In this document: piece by piece, positions 36,213 through 48,975 of the stretch | Numbering within the stretch: position 1 is the stretch's first letter | Layout: each line of letters opens with the position of its first letter | Assembly: GCF_009914755.1 (NCBI RefSeq) | Contig: NC_060939.1 | Strand: one strand, 5' to 3' | Origin: the human T2T-CHM13v2.0 reference genome, Homo sapiens | DNA length: 64,000 nucleotides | Position numbers and translations under genes: made by a program | Notes under the pieces: generated by a model | Told to the model about the DNA's origin: nothing | Database searches by the model: none | Seen by the model: the letters and a program-made list of their open reading frames with translations, nothing else

Positions 36213-38819
36213 CTGATCAGGATTTTTTGCTCTAAGAATATCAAGGTGACCTGAATTGCTTTGATGTCTATTAAAAGGGTATCTGGCTGATACGTTGCTT
36301 GTAGTTTACATTGCAGCCTGGGCCGGCCTCACTGTCTTTATTTTCTGGAAGACTTACATCAGCCAGGGTTCATCTGAGCCCTCACTCCCATCAGTGAAGA
36401 GGGAGCAGCTCTATCAGGCAGCCCCTGGCCTGGGCCCCAGGAGGCTGCTAAGGGGTGAGGCCTTCCCAGGGACATGGAGTCCATGGAGGAGCCACGGCTT
36501 CACCAAGGGATGAATTGAGGGGTGGTCCTGGGGCTAAGGCCATGAGGGCCTTTCTGGATCCCCCATTTGAGAGCCTTGCTGCCACTGAGGGGCTGGTGGC
36601 CGGGGCTCAGAGAAAGGGGAAAAGATGTTGCCAGACTGGACTTCCCAAAGCCCATTGTTGGCATTCTCCTTGGAAATCTTGTGGGGTGAACAGTTGCACA
36701 ATTAAATTGGTAGGGCATTGAAACACACGTTGAGTTAGATGATCTAAACTTTAATATGGAAAACTTGAAAACACTCGGGCTTTATTTGGGGGAAGAAAGC
36801 ATTAATCAGGAATTTTTCATTTGTGAGTGACAGAAACTCTCCTCTGACTGGTCCACATGGCAGGATGGTCTCTCTCTTCTGGACTCTTCCCACCACGTGG
36901 CTGGGTGGGGCCCGAACAGCTCCAGGCTTAGGGCCACCCAGTCTCGTGCCCGTGGTCATCCTCTCGGCCTCTCCATCTCTGCTGGGTCATGTTCCTGCCT
37001 CTGAGCCCATCACTGGCCAGAGGAATGTAGGGCTCTAGAGCTTTGGGTTGGGGTCCCAGCCTCTTATGAGTCACATGGACTGAGACTGGGGTGGTGGGAG
37101 TTACCCCAAATCAGGCACTGTTCTAGGGCAGATGCCAGGCAGGCCTGGAAAACTGACTTCTGTGTGTTAGGTAATGCCCCATGCCAGATGAATCTTTTCC
37201 CTGCAGGGCAGTTGGATTTTTCTATTTTCTTTCTGTAATAGTTCTCTGAGTTAGAATCAGGAAACTTATTTTGTGCCTTGCCTTTGGAATTTTGAGCTCT
37301 TTTCTTCCCTACTTCGTCCTGCCCCCTGTTCTCCATCCTGAAAAGCCAGTGTAAACATGGGCATCCTGCCTCAGAGTCCGGGGCCTGCCTTTTTGGTAGG
37401 GTATTCACAAGCCACGGGCCCAGCTTTTCAGGGCATCGATCGCGAGCCGTTTCTGCTCACTGTCAGCAGTCTGTCAGCCAGGACAGAGTTTATTTTGTCT
37501 GTCTATGGCTGGCGTTTCCCTAACCCGATTATGGATTGATGTGGCCATCTCCTAGGAATTTAGGAGCTACTCGTGCTTTCAGGGGAGCAAGCGATGGATT
37601 TCACTGTACCTCTTTCTGCTGTCCAAGTTTGCATGGGGAAAATGAGGACCCTGCCAGGAGCTTGCCCGACAGGCCCTGCCCCGCTGCAGACTCCCAGCCC
37701 TGCTGGGTAGGATCGCTGCAGGCCTCCCGCCTCTGTGCTCCGGTATAGTCTCGGAGATGCCCGTTGACGAAGAAGACATACAGATGGTTGAATAGAACCC
37801 ATTCTTTTGTATAAGCCAAAAACTTACCATTTTTGAAAATCACCAGTGCATGTCTGGAAGACAAACCCTCGTCATCCTCGATGTGAGTCTTGCTCAGTAG
37901 TCTGCACTGCTCCGATTCGGAGGACAGGTGTGAAGTTCCTGTTTGTGTTCGTGGACTTGCGCTCTTCTGACCCTTATTCTTTAACTAAAGTGCTCATTTG
38001 ATCTCTGCAAACCTTGACCCACCTGTGGTGGCCGTTGCCCCAGAATTGCTGAGTTGACTGTCATCATCCTGTGGCTTATTGGTTCTCATTCACATGCAAG
38101 GGAAGGGACTGTGGCTCTTTAATGCTTAAAGCACGTTTTGCTGGGATTTGTCCATTGTCCCAAGGACTCTCAAATGTACTGAACACCTCCCAACCCAGAT
38201 CTTTGGCCCTTCTAGGTGACTGTCACAGGGAAGGAGCAACATTAAAGTAATCATAAAATAATATAATTGTATACTTGTAATTTCCAGAGAGACTTGCAAT
38301 TTATAAATAAATATATAATTTAATAAAATAAACATAAGATAATAAAATTAAAACAAAGCAAACCTCCAAGAGTCTAAGACTGGGGTTTTGCCTTTGGCCA
38401 GTGCATGGCCAGGGAAGCTGCTGGCAGCTCGCCTGGCAGGTGAAGATGAGATCGAGACCTCTGAGCATCCTAAGACGTGCAGCACCATCCCTCCCTTTCC
38501 TCCTGCATTGCAGGTGGCAGTGAGCGGGAGCTGTGGGGCTGGGCGTGGGGCCATGGATACTGAGAAGAGAGGAGACACACCCTGCCTGCAGCTGGCACCA
38601 GGCTGTACTGGCTCTTGTCTCCTGTCAAGAGTAGCGGCAGTTGTGTGGGGCTCGAGGTACTGATCCATTTGCTGTATGATCACAGGGTCTTGCCTGGAGT
38701 GTGCGTTTTATTGCACTAGCAGCAGAATGGTAAGGGAAACATGCTCGGGGACAGGGAGGGACTGCACCTGCGAATCTCCCGGCCCTCAAGATTCTGATGA
38801 GGTTAGTGACAGGTGGAAC

Positions 38820-39020
38820 CGGCACAGTGGTTTCAAACCTCCCTGCATGATTGTCAGGTACCACCAGGGTGGAGAATCCCCGGTCCAGGGCCTCACAGCT
38901 CACAGGGCGGCAGCATGCGCATTGTGAGGCATTGCAAGTTTGTTGGGAATGCAGAATCTTGGGCCCACCCAGACATACTGGACCGAAGTTGGCCTCGTAA
39001 CAAAATCCCAGGTGATTCGT
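38820..39020. mobile_element. MER5-type fragments
   Basis: cagtggtttcaaac; aatgcagaatcttgggcccacccaga...aacaaaatcccaggtgattc. Confidence 0.55.
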
Positions 39021-42000
39021 GCGCACACTGCTGTTGGCAGAGTGGCCCAGGCGCAGGTAAGTGCTAGGTCTTCTCACAGCAGCCTGGAAGACAAGATGAA
39101 GGATGGGTTGATGGAGGAGAGGGGAAGCAGTCACAGTGGGAGGCGGGGCTTGCACCAGGACCCACGCGCCAGTCTGGGCTGCTTGCAGTTGCATGCGGCA
39201 GTCCCCTTAGAGCTGCCCTGGGCCTGTCCGAGGTCACAGAATCCTGTGGAGCCATATGGAGAGGCCACACTTTAGAGAAGGTGATGACTTGGATTGGACA
39301 GAATCTGAAGCTCTGAACACCCGAGATGAGCAACACAACTCATTCCTCTTAAGTCTTGTTTTGCAGAGTCATGTCAAAATGAATACTTTATCTAGTTTTC
39401 CCAACATTTTGTTATGAGAATTTCCAAAGATAAGAAAAGTTGGAAGAATAACGAATGCTCCATTTGAGTTCTCCAGTGAACATGCGACTACATTTGCTTT
39501 ATCTCATGACTGTCCACCCCGTGTCATCATCCATCTTACTTTCTGATGCATTCCAAAGTAGGTGCCATTATCTCTGACCATGAATGGGTAACAGGGAGTG
39601 ACAGCTGCCTTCTGTTTAGTACCTACCATGTGCTAAGCGCTTTGTAGACTGTATCTGCAATTTTTATAGCTTCACCAAAGAAGCTTTTTTTCCATGCGAT
39701 GACACCCACGTTCAAGGAGGTTACTTAAAACGTTACACAACTCGTAATTGGAGAGCCTGAGATTTTAACTTCAGGCCTTCACCCAAGGCTGTTCCCTCCA
39801 TGCCCTGTTGAACGTGGAATTAGAAAGGAGCTGGATGTACTGGGATGCTGGGCAGATGATGGTGTGGACCTAGTCCCTGTCCTCAGTGGTAGGATGATGA
39901 TGTGTCGGGTGCAGTGGGAGGGAGGCTGATGAGGCACGCAGGGAGGGCTTCCTGAAGAGGCAATGCTTGATTCTTGTAGGAAGAGAAGCTGGAAATGACT
40001 TTTTGGAAAGGGTTTTCCAGGCAGAGGGAATGGCCAGGGGGAGGCCCTGAGGACTGAGCTAGTGTGGTATTTATGAGAGTGCCCGTCTCTGGGCAGCTGG
40101 GCTTTGGGGGCGTGTCATGGAGGGCCACGTGTGATGGATGGGTAAGAGCCACACCTGCCCTCAGCCTTCTCTGGAGACAATTGATATGCAGGATACGATG
40201 CTGGGTGGGGGCCTGCAAAGACACTGCCAGTGTGGGCTTCACGTCAAGGAACATGGGCTGTAGATGAGGCAGCATGGATCTGGGGAGCCTGCTACACAGC
40301 AGGGAACCTGAAGAGCTGCAAAAGACTCCAGCACGAGGCTTCTGGTGATGGGGAGGGAGTTGTGAGAATTAGGGGAGGCTTCTAGAGGGATTGAAGATTG
40401 ATGAAGGTCTTGAAAGACGGGGAAGTGTGAGCAGACACAGAGGAGAGAGGGAGAGGGACTATAGGGGGTAGTGTGGCAGGAGGGACACAGTATGTTGAGG
40501 TAGAAAGTCAAGCATATTCCAGTAATGGAATGCACATTCCTAGGGGGTAGTGTCGATGGTTCACTGCCCCCTAACAGGGAAAGCTATCCATGGGTCACTG
40601 CCGGATGGAGCACTTCAGACTGAGGTGATGAGAAGAGATTTGCAAAGGGATGTGGGGTTTGGGCCTTTGGGTGGTGGGGGAAGTGGGGAGATGGGAATTG
40701 GACTGGCAGAAAGGAATCAGGAAGGAGCTCCGGGTGGGCAAGTTTGAATAAGAGAATAAGTTGAGGGAGGAACTTGCAAGGGGAGTGAGGAGAGGTCTGG
40801 GAATGAGGCAGAGTGCAGGGGCCTTGAACGCTGGGAAGCTGCAGTGGGGCTTTCTGTGGCATGCAGGGGCAGTCCCAGGGCCAGCACTGTGGAGGGGGTA
40901 GGCAGTGCTGGGGAGGCAGCTGCAGGCAGAGTGCAGGAGGCCTGCAGTGCTGGGGTGGATGGGGTGTCTGGGTGGCTGCAGGGAGGCTTCCAGAGTTTCC
41001 TGCAGTCGCTAGCGCCCAGGCGTGCAGACCTGATGGAGGTGGCTGTGGTAGGAGGGAGGAGCCTGAGGGGCTGAGAGGTAAGGAAGTATGAGAGACACGT
41101 GCCGCTGTCACTCGCTGCAGGCTAGCACAGAGTCGGTAAAGCAGGTGCTTTTGAATAATCGGATGATAATTGATGATGAGATGGTGAAAACCCTAGCAAT
41201 GTCCAGAACCTGCAGCGCCCCAAACCCTCTCACTGCCGATGTGAAGACCTGGTCCAGATCCTACAGAGTGAGGACGTGCAGAAGCACAGATAGAAAAGAA
41301 ACAGCTTCCCCATACACACACTCAGCATACAGCCCAATCATCAGCAAGAAGCTGTTAGAAAACAGAACCTTTCAGAAAAGATACTCAATATTGAAACAAC
41401 AAATGCAAGAATACCCAGGGGTAGACAGTGCAGAAACCACAGAACAGAAGGATGCAGAAACTGTGCGTGACATGAGGCCCATCCTAGGTTTCTGGTCTGG
41501 AAGACAGACAACGCGGTCTCTGTAAGAATCCAGAAAGAGGCTTTTGTGTTCTATGTTTTGGGGATGAAAGATATGATAATTGTTCTAAATTTCACCTGAA
41601 AGAAAAAATGGAAAGCTGGGTCAAAATGATTTTTCAGTAGAAAAATCGAAGGAGGCCTTACCTCGGCAGATAGGAAAATGCAATGCAGAGATTTATTTAC
41701 TGCCTGGGGCCTTTCAGGCAAAAGTCCTTTTAAAAGGTTAGGTTAGAAACAACAACATCAAAAAATATTGTGTGTGCTGGGAAGGGCATGGGAAGCTTCC
41801 TGTTTCTTCTTTCTGATCCCAGTTGGCAGAAGCAGCGTGTTTTAATGGAGAAAAATATGATGTCTCTGGTCTCCATGTAGACTGCTAATGTAGCAACACA
41901 GAGGACTCCTAATGTTTACATCTCATCATTCTAGTGATATTTCTGATTGCTCCATTATTTTTTAGGCCACCTGTACCTTTTCACGTGTCTATTCAAAGGA

Positions 42001-42123
42001 AAACGTTTCTTAGGGGTTTCCTCAAGGTTTTGCAGAAGTACATTTTGTTTTTTTAAGTTAGTTCCCACCTTTTTTTGGAAGACTTATAAAAATGTGTGAA
42101 CACTGAGACTTATCTAGTTACTA

Positions 42124-42472
<349 letters not shown>

Positions 42473-42644
42473 GAATATATAATTGAAAGGATCGACCAGT
42501 ACCTTTGGTTGCTGGTCAAATAAATGAGTTAACATTCAGTTAACCATAAAATACAGATGGTCCACAGTCCCTTCCCTTGTTGACTCATTTTAGTTAGCTG
42601 GAAATCAGTTTTCTTTGGAGGATGTAGAAGGAGGTGGGGACGAC

Positions 42645-42860
42645 GTGATCGCTGATGTTTAGTGAGCTCTTACTCTGTGACAGCCATGGTTCTGAGAACT
42701 TTCTGCTTCTTGATTAATTCCTACTGCAAACCTGTGAGTTCTCTCCATTTCAGAAATAGGGAAACTGAGTCACAGTGGGTTTGAGCGGCCTGCCAGGGTC
42801 ACAGAACTAGGAAGTGGCAGGTCTCAGATCTGAATCCAGACATCCTGACTCCAGAACTTT
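42645..42860. mobile_element. MIR
   Basis: ccatttcagaaatagggaaactgagtcacag...gggtcacagaactaggaagtggcag. Confidence 0.7.
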
Positions 42861-45800
42861 GTCCTGCGCTTGCTTCCTCTCTGTTTTATGAGTGATGTTT
42901 GTCTCTGTTGATTATCTGTTTTTTTTTTTTTTTCAGTCTCTAGTATTGACCTAGAGATGGCTCTGGGATGTGGTTGAATACTGACCCCAGAAGCGATGCC
43001 CGGAAATGGCCCAGCACTGCCACGTTACCTCCTGTTATCCTTCCTGTGAAGCCGGTGGTCTCACCTTTCCCGTTCAGGTGGCGTTGCTGGTCATGGGAAT
43101 GGAACTCCCCTCTGCCCCCTCCCTTCTGTTCCCTGGTCTTCCCGGTGACTGACCAGCCACGGGCCCGCATCTGGGGTGACCCAGGCAGTGCGTCCACTCT
43201 GTGTGGAGCTTGGCTTCCTCTGTCGCAGTGAGGAGTCGAGGGAGGCGGCTCTGCGGCTCCTTCTCCAGCTCCGGAGCCTCCCTTTCTTCTCTGCACTTCT
43301 CCACCTGCTGTTTGCTAGGAAGCACCCCGTGAATCACCCACAGGCCCCGGCCCCGGCCCCAGCAGGCTCCCGCACAGACACGGCTTCTGGGAACATCCTG
43401 ACAGTGCCTCATTTATGGGGCTGCACAGAGCAGTGGCCTTGTGCCCACAGTGCTGAATCACGGCGGATTGTTCAGCAATTCCATTAGGATAATCTATCCC
43501 AGACAGAGAGCCTTGCCTTGGAGCCTGCTCAGGACGCCGGGTGGCCCATTAGGGCCTGGCGCCTGGCCAGAGGCCACATGACAGCCGGCTTCTGCACTGT
43601 GGGTTTGTCCTGGGCTCCTTAATGAGGCCAGGGACTTGAGTTTTCTTGCACTTTTGCTTATTTTCCTGCATAAGGGGCCACCAACCTGTGGAGCTGTGTG
43701 AAATGCCCACAATAGCCCGTGACTCAGGGGATTGGCATTTCTCACAGTCCCCGAGGCTTGGGGGCAGATTTCCTCCACCGCTCTCAAAATAACCAGGTTT
43801 GATTGCAGCCTCAGAGAACATGCTACCCATTTCTTAAAGTGGTACGAACCTATTCCTTAAAAATGTCCCTTGCAGAGCTTTAGAGGAAGTCGTGGTTTCT
43901 GGCTTCTCCTCAGAGTCTTGTTGATGCTTTCGCCGTGTAGTCCTGGGGCTGTGCGGAAGGAGGGTGGCTGCCATTGGGCTGGATGTGCTACCCAAAGCAT
44001 GAACTCAATGGCCAGTGCCCAGCCGGGTGCTCACAGATAGTAAAGGTGACATGTGTCCCTGCCTGCTAGGATCCGGCCATTGAGAAGGGACACAGATGAG
44101 GGATAGCTCCTTCTCCAGCAGGAGCTTCTTACTTATAGGAGAGCTCTGCAGGGCCATTTTGGATGAAATCACCAAGAGAATTTATTTTCATTAATATGGC
44201 CCGGAGGGTCTATCTGTAGGATTTGTGCTTTCTGAAATTTGTGTGCAATACCATGGTCTCTGGCCTCACTGGGAGGCCTAGTGGTATCGCAGGGGAGGGG
44301 GCTGAGAGCTCAGGCTGCCTGGGTTTGCATTTTTCTCTTTACTGGTGAGCCGTATGCCCTTGACCAAGACGCTGTCTCTGCACCCCAGTCTTCTCACCTC
44401 TAGAGCGAGGATGCAGCCACAGGCCCTGTGTTGGGGGTGGCTTCGACGGTGTAAGTACATGAGTGACCACAATGCCTGGTGCTCAGTGTCAGCCAGGGAT
44501 GGTAAAGGCCTAGAAAGGGGAAGCTGTGGGGCTGTATCTTGTCCCCTGAACCCAGCCAGAAGCCCCACGCAGGGCTGGTGCCTGTTTCGTGTGGGTCCTG
44601 AACTCTATGAAGGTTTGGTGATGCTTTGGAATTCTGGAAGAGGAGCAGATGCATTCCCTTTGGAGGGTGGGGAAGACGTATTTTTCCCTGGACAGCAACA
44701 TACCTTCCGTTCTAACTTGGGCAGCTCAAGGGAGAGGCCCCGTGGTACCCGAGGTTCACAGCTGAGCCAGGCCGGGAGGATCTGAACTAGAACCTAGTCT
44801 TTCTCCCCACGCCCTGCCCTGGCTCCTCAGCTGCAGGACGCCACCCCTTCTGCTGCCGTCATCCTGGGGTGCAGAGCCTTGGGGCCTGGCTTTTACCCCG
44901 AATGTTCCTCTGATTATATAGACCTCAGAACTTTCTCAGCAGTGAAAGCTGTTTGCGTTCCTGGAACCTACAATGCTTGGTCATGAGGGTGTGGGATTAA
45001 TGGGTTGGTGTCCTGTTTCCTGGCCTCTGCCCTGAGCGAAGGGCTGGGGCTCTGGACTCGGGCCTCTGCACATGCCCCGTCCACACACAAGCATCCCGCA
45101 GTCACTGCGCCGGGGCAGGCCCGCTGTGTGCGCCTTCGCGAGAGTGCCTCATGCCTCCTTTGCTTTCTTCCAGCTGCTCACAGGGCTCTCGTGTTCATGG
45201 GGCTCACCATGTTTCAACAGATGGAAATACAACTCAGTGCAGTTTGTCCAAGCTGCCAAGTCCCTGCTCGGGTGTGGGCACCCTGCTCCGTTTTTGTGCC
45301 CAGCTCTCAGCCATAAGATTGGCATTTCTCAGTGGGCTCTTGTTCTGGATGCCTTTTGCCGTGTGCAGTGTATTTCTTGGAACCGGAGTTAGTGACTTCA
45401 CATGTTGCTCTAGCAACTGAGAAACTGTTGCACCCAGAGCTGCCAGCAGCCCAAGGGGTCTTCGCGAGTGACTGGCTGACAGGCATCCCGGTGCTAAGCC
45501 CCTCACCAGCAGGCTGGGTCTGCTGGGACCACTCTCCTCAGCTCTGGGATCTGAAGCAGTAGACGTGAACAACCTAATGAAACTTCTATAATTTTAGAAC
45601 TTTGGCGCAGACATAGTCAAAGAAATCACCTTGTTGGGTACTTCTCACCATTTTATTAAAGGAGATAACAGGATGCCAATTTGGATGAAGTGAGGCCCCT
45701 GGGGGTGGCATGGGGAGGGGCTACTGACGGGGGGCGCTTTGGCACTACCTTTTCCGTCTGCCTGCCTTCTACTTCTTTTTGTCGTCTCCAAGGTGACCCC

Positions 45801-46338
45801 CTGGAATGCAGTTTGAAACCACAGATGCAGTCTGGCTGCCTTATAAGTGTCAGTCCCTGCCGTCTCCTGGTCAGCCCTCTGCAAGCTGCCCCCACCAGCT
45901 GTGACTCCAGGAAGAACCCAGTGGGGGGTGTAGCTGCTCTGGGGCCCTCTAGCCTGGGGCCCACATCTCTCCAGTGCCCCCTTGCTCCTGCTCCTCTTCA
46001 CCCTGGACTGAGAAAGCTTTCTAGAAGGGCTTGGCTCGCCAGTACTGCCGAAGCCCTGGCCTGGTCATTTTGTTCACTGGGCTAGTAGGGGTTGAGCGCC
46101 ATGCTGGCTGCCAGGGATGTGGCGGTGAGCAGAGCAGGTGGCCTGGCCCAGGTCTGCTGAGGCTGGTGGGTGGGCTTGCCAGCCCTATGGTGCAGCCCTG
46201 CCCAAGTCTCCTCTTCAGGTAGAAGTCCTAAAACAGGTGACACTATGGTCATTGGCCGCATACCACGATACGTTTTATTAGAGGCACTTCTTACTCTTTC
46301 GTTTCCTAATGAATTATGTTTGTAAATTATTTTTACAG

Positions 46339-46409
46339 GGCCTTATTGGAAGGAGAAAGTAATCCAGAGATAGTGATCTGGGCTGAGCACGTTGAAAACA
46401 TGCCGTCAG
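46339..46409 (+). CDS. SYNM: Synemin coding exon 3 (ALLEGESNPEIVIWAEHVENMPS)
   Basis: Acceptor ttttacag|G, donor CAG|gtaagt; 71 nt; completes TYRALLEGE (IF consensus TYRxLLEGE) in frame with exon 2. Confidence 0.97.
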
Positions 46410-48975
46410 GTAAGTAAAAGCTAATGACTTGACTTAGCTTTAGGCATCTGAACTGTTTATTCTGTGGCTAGATAGTAAAGCACCATCATCGGGAAGAACG
46501 GGTTAGATATGGTGTTTAGATAACAGGAGTTCATCTCTCATTTAAGTACCAAATAGATTTTAGTTTAGTGTGACATAATTTCAATTATGTGAATGAGAAT
46601 GTTTGGGAAGGTGCTTGATAAACTTGGTCCCTCTCTCGACAGGATGCAGGAGCGGAAGGGGCTAATGGCACTGGGCAGTGTGAGGGCGAGCAGGAGTGCA
46701 CCTGAACTTGTGTTTCACACCCCTGGAAGGGACACTCCTTCCATTTCCAGACCAAGGGGTTATGGTTGTTACACCTGTAGAGGGAGGTATGGCCTTGGAT
46801 GGCAGGCAGGCAGCACTCTGGAACCTGCTACCCTAACAGGAAGAGAGATGGGAATAGTTACATTGTTTACACCACCCTAGGTTGTTGTGAGCAGCTCAGG
46901 AAAATGTGTCCTGGTGCCTTGAAGACTACCTTATTCAGGCCAAGAGCCTCAGGACAGGGCCCATCCTTCCTATGGCTGCAGAACTGACATAAGATCATTA
47001 ATGTTCATTAGAAAGATCCTAAGAAACTGAGGGATAACTTGTTTTTTAACCTTTTAAAGCCCTATAGAATCTTGAAGAGCTCTGGCTAAGCAAGTGTCGA
47101 TTAAATTACGTATAGAATGTTGAGTTCACACCTTAGGGAGCAGCATGGTTTTAGTCTTCATTGTTTCTTTTAGGCAACTCATGGATTTGACATGTCACTG
47201 GGTTGAGAAGAATATTTGGGTTCTAGTCATCTATAACTGGAAGGGATCTGGTCTTAGACAACATGCAGCAAATTTTCTTTCTAATTTTGAGAGTAAGTTT
47301 GAAAAAAGCAAAGGTGTTCATGGAAGGGTAGGCATTGGTCAACCTGCCTGGCATCAGTTAACGTGTGACATCTATAAAACAAGAATTAACTCCCCAGATT
47401 TCAAGGTTTACTTAGTTACCTACATTTTTAACCTGTGGATACCTAAGTTTGGACATCCATCATGTAACCTAGAGAGAGGGGAGAAGGAAGAAAAGGGCCC
47501 AGGAGCTCCGAGGAAGACCAACAGTCTAAGCCAGGGCCTTGCTCAAATTTTCCCAGTTGTGATTTTGGGGCCGAGGGAGAGCACACAGAGGGGCTAACAG
47601 CTGTTGCTGTTAACTTGCTTCATTCATTCATTCATTCATTCATTATTTTTCAAGCTTCTTGAAGGAAATAGAGACTTAATATTTGTAAACTAAATTTATT
47701 CTGGCAATTACATATTATGCCAAAAGCTTTAGAATAAAAATTACTAGTTGGGAATTTTTATTAGACGTTGAGCTTCTAGATAGTTCTGTTCTGTTGAGTA
47801 AATATACAGATAAGTTCCTAAGTAGTGAACTTATCAATACTTGTTAGTGTGCTTGTGTTTCTTTTATAATATTGCATAAAATAATGTTGGCCGCTTGCCC
47901 GCTTGCCGGTGGACCTAAACCCAGTCTGTAATCTTCCATGTTTCTTGTTGAATCTTAACTGTAAATGAGATGGTCCCTGCACTATTGCCTGGGGGTTCAT
48001 CTTCTGGGACTTCTCAGTTGGATCAGTAGGATCAGTTGACCTGAAAAGAGGAGTCTTGTAGAAAATGTCCTGGCCTGGTCTCTTTCCTGTATCTTGGGAT
48101 CTGTGCAAAGGAGGCCTCTGGCCTTGGCTCCATAAGGGAGAGAGAAAGCCCTGTCCCCGCTGAGCCAGCTGGGGTGTGGGTAGACACCAGGGGCACTCTC
48201 GGGGTGGACGGTGCTCCTGGCTGCGTTCTAACCACCAGCTGCCATTCCTAAAGAGCGGTTTCCCCTGCTGGGGTGTGGACACCCCAAAGGGTAGCACTGT
48301 CTGCAAACAGCCTGGAGCAAAGCTGGAAGCCCTGAGGACTGCCTCCCAACTTCAGGATCATGACACTAAGACAGACCGGGGTGTTTCTGCACTGGCTCCT
48401 TTTCAGATAAGTGTTAAATGTAAAATAAAAGATCAGAAAGCTTAAAGAAGTTAAATTCTTTAATACTTGTTGGCCCAATATGGAAATCAGTGAAACAGAA
48501 GAGTATATTAAATAGTGGAGGATAATGCTATTTGGTGTTTAATAATGACACACTTTGTAATTACAGAGCTCTTCTCTGCTACAGTAAATTAAACTTACCT
48601 CAAAAAGCAGAAATTAATGATTTCAAAATATAAGATTGTGAAATTTCAGCCACAAAAACGAGCACCTCTGACCTCTCTGGGATATGCATTGTGCTTTATG
48701 ATTAATGTTAAGATGAGTGAGTATTTTAATATCAGTAACTGGAGAAACGTGTTAGGCTGAAGTATTTGTAGTGCTACATTTTATTGTAACAGGATTTTGT
48801 AAACTGCCAAAAAATAATTTGGGCACCAAATATAACTTATCTTTATAATGAGCTTTCTGTGGTAACAGTGTATATTTATTATGATGGAATGGGATTTGGC
48901 CTGCAACAATGCTTGTAGATGGAAAAGGGTAATGATGACTGTCATTTTAATGAATGCTTTGTTCAATTTCTACAG

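Noticed and set aside
41088-41525. 145-aa ATG-initiated ORF in intron 2
   Set aside because: Overlaps decayed L1-like A-rich sequence; no recognisable protein
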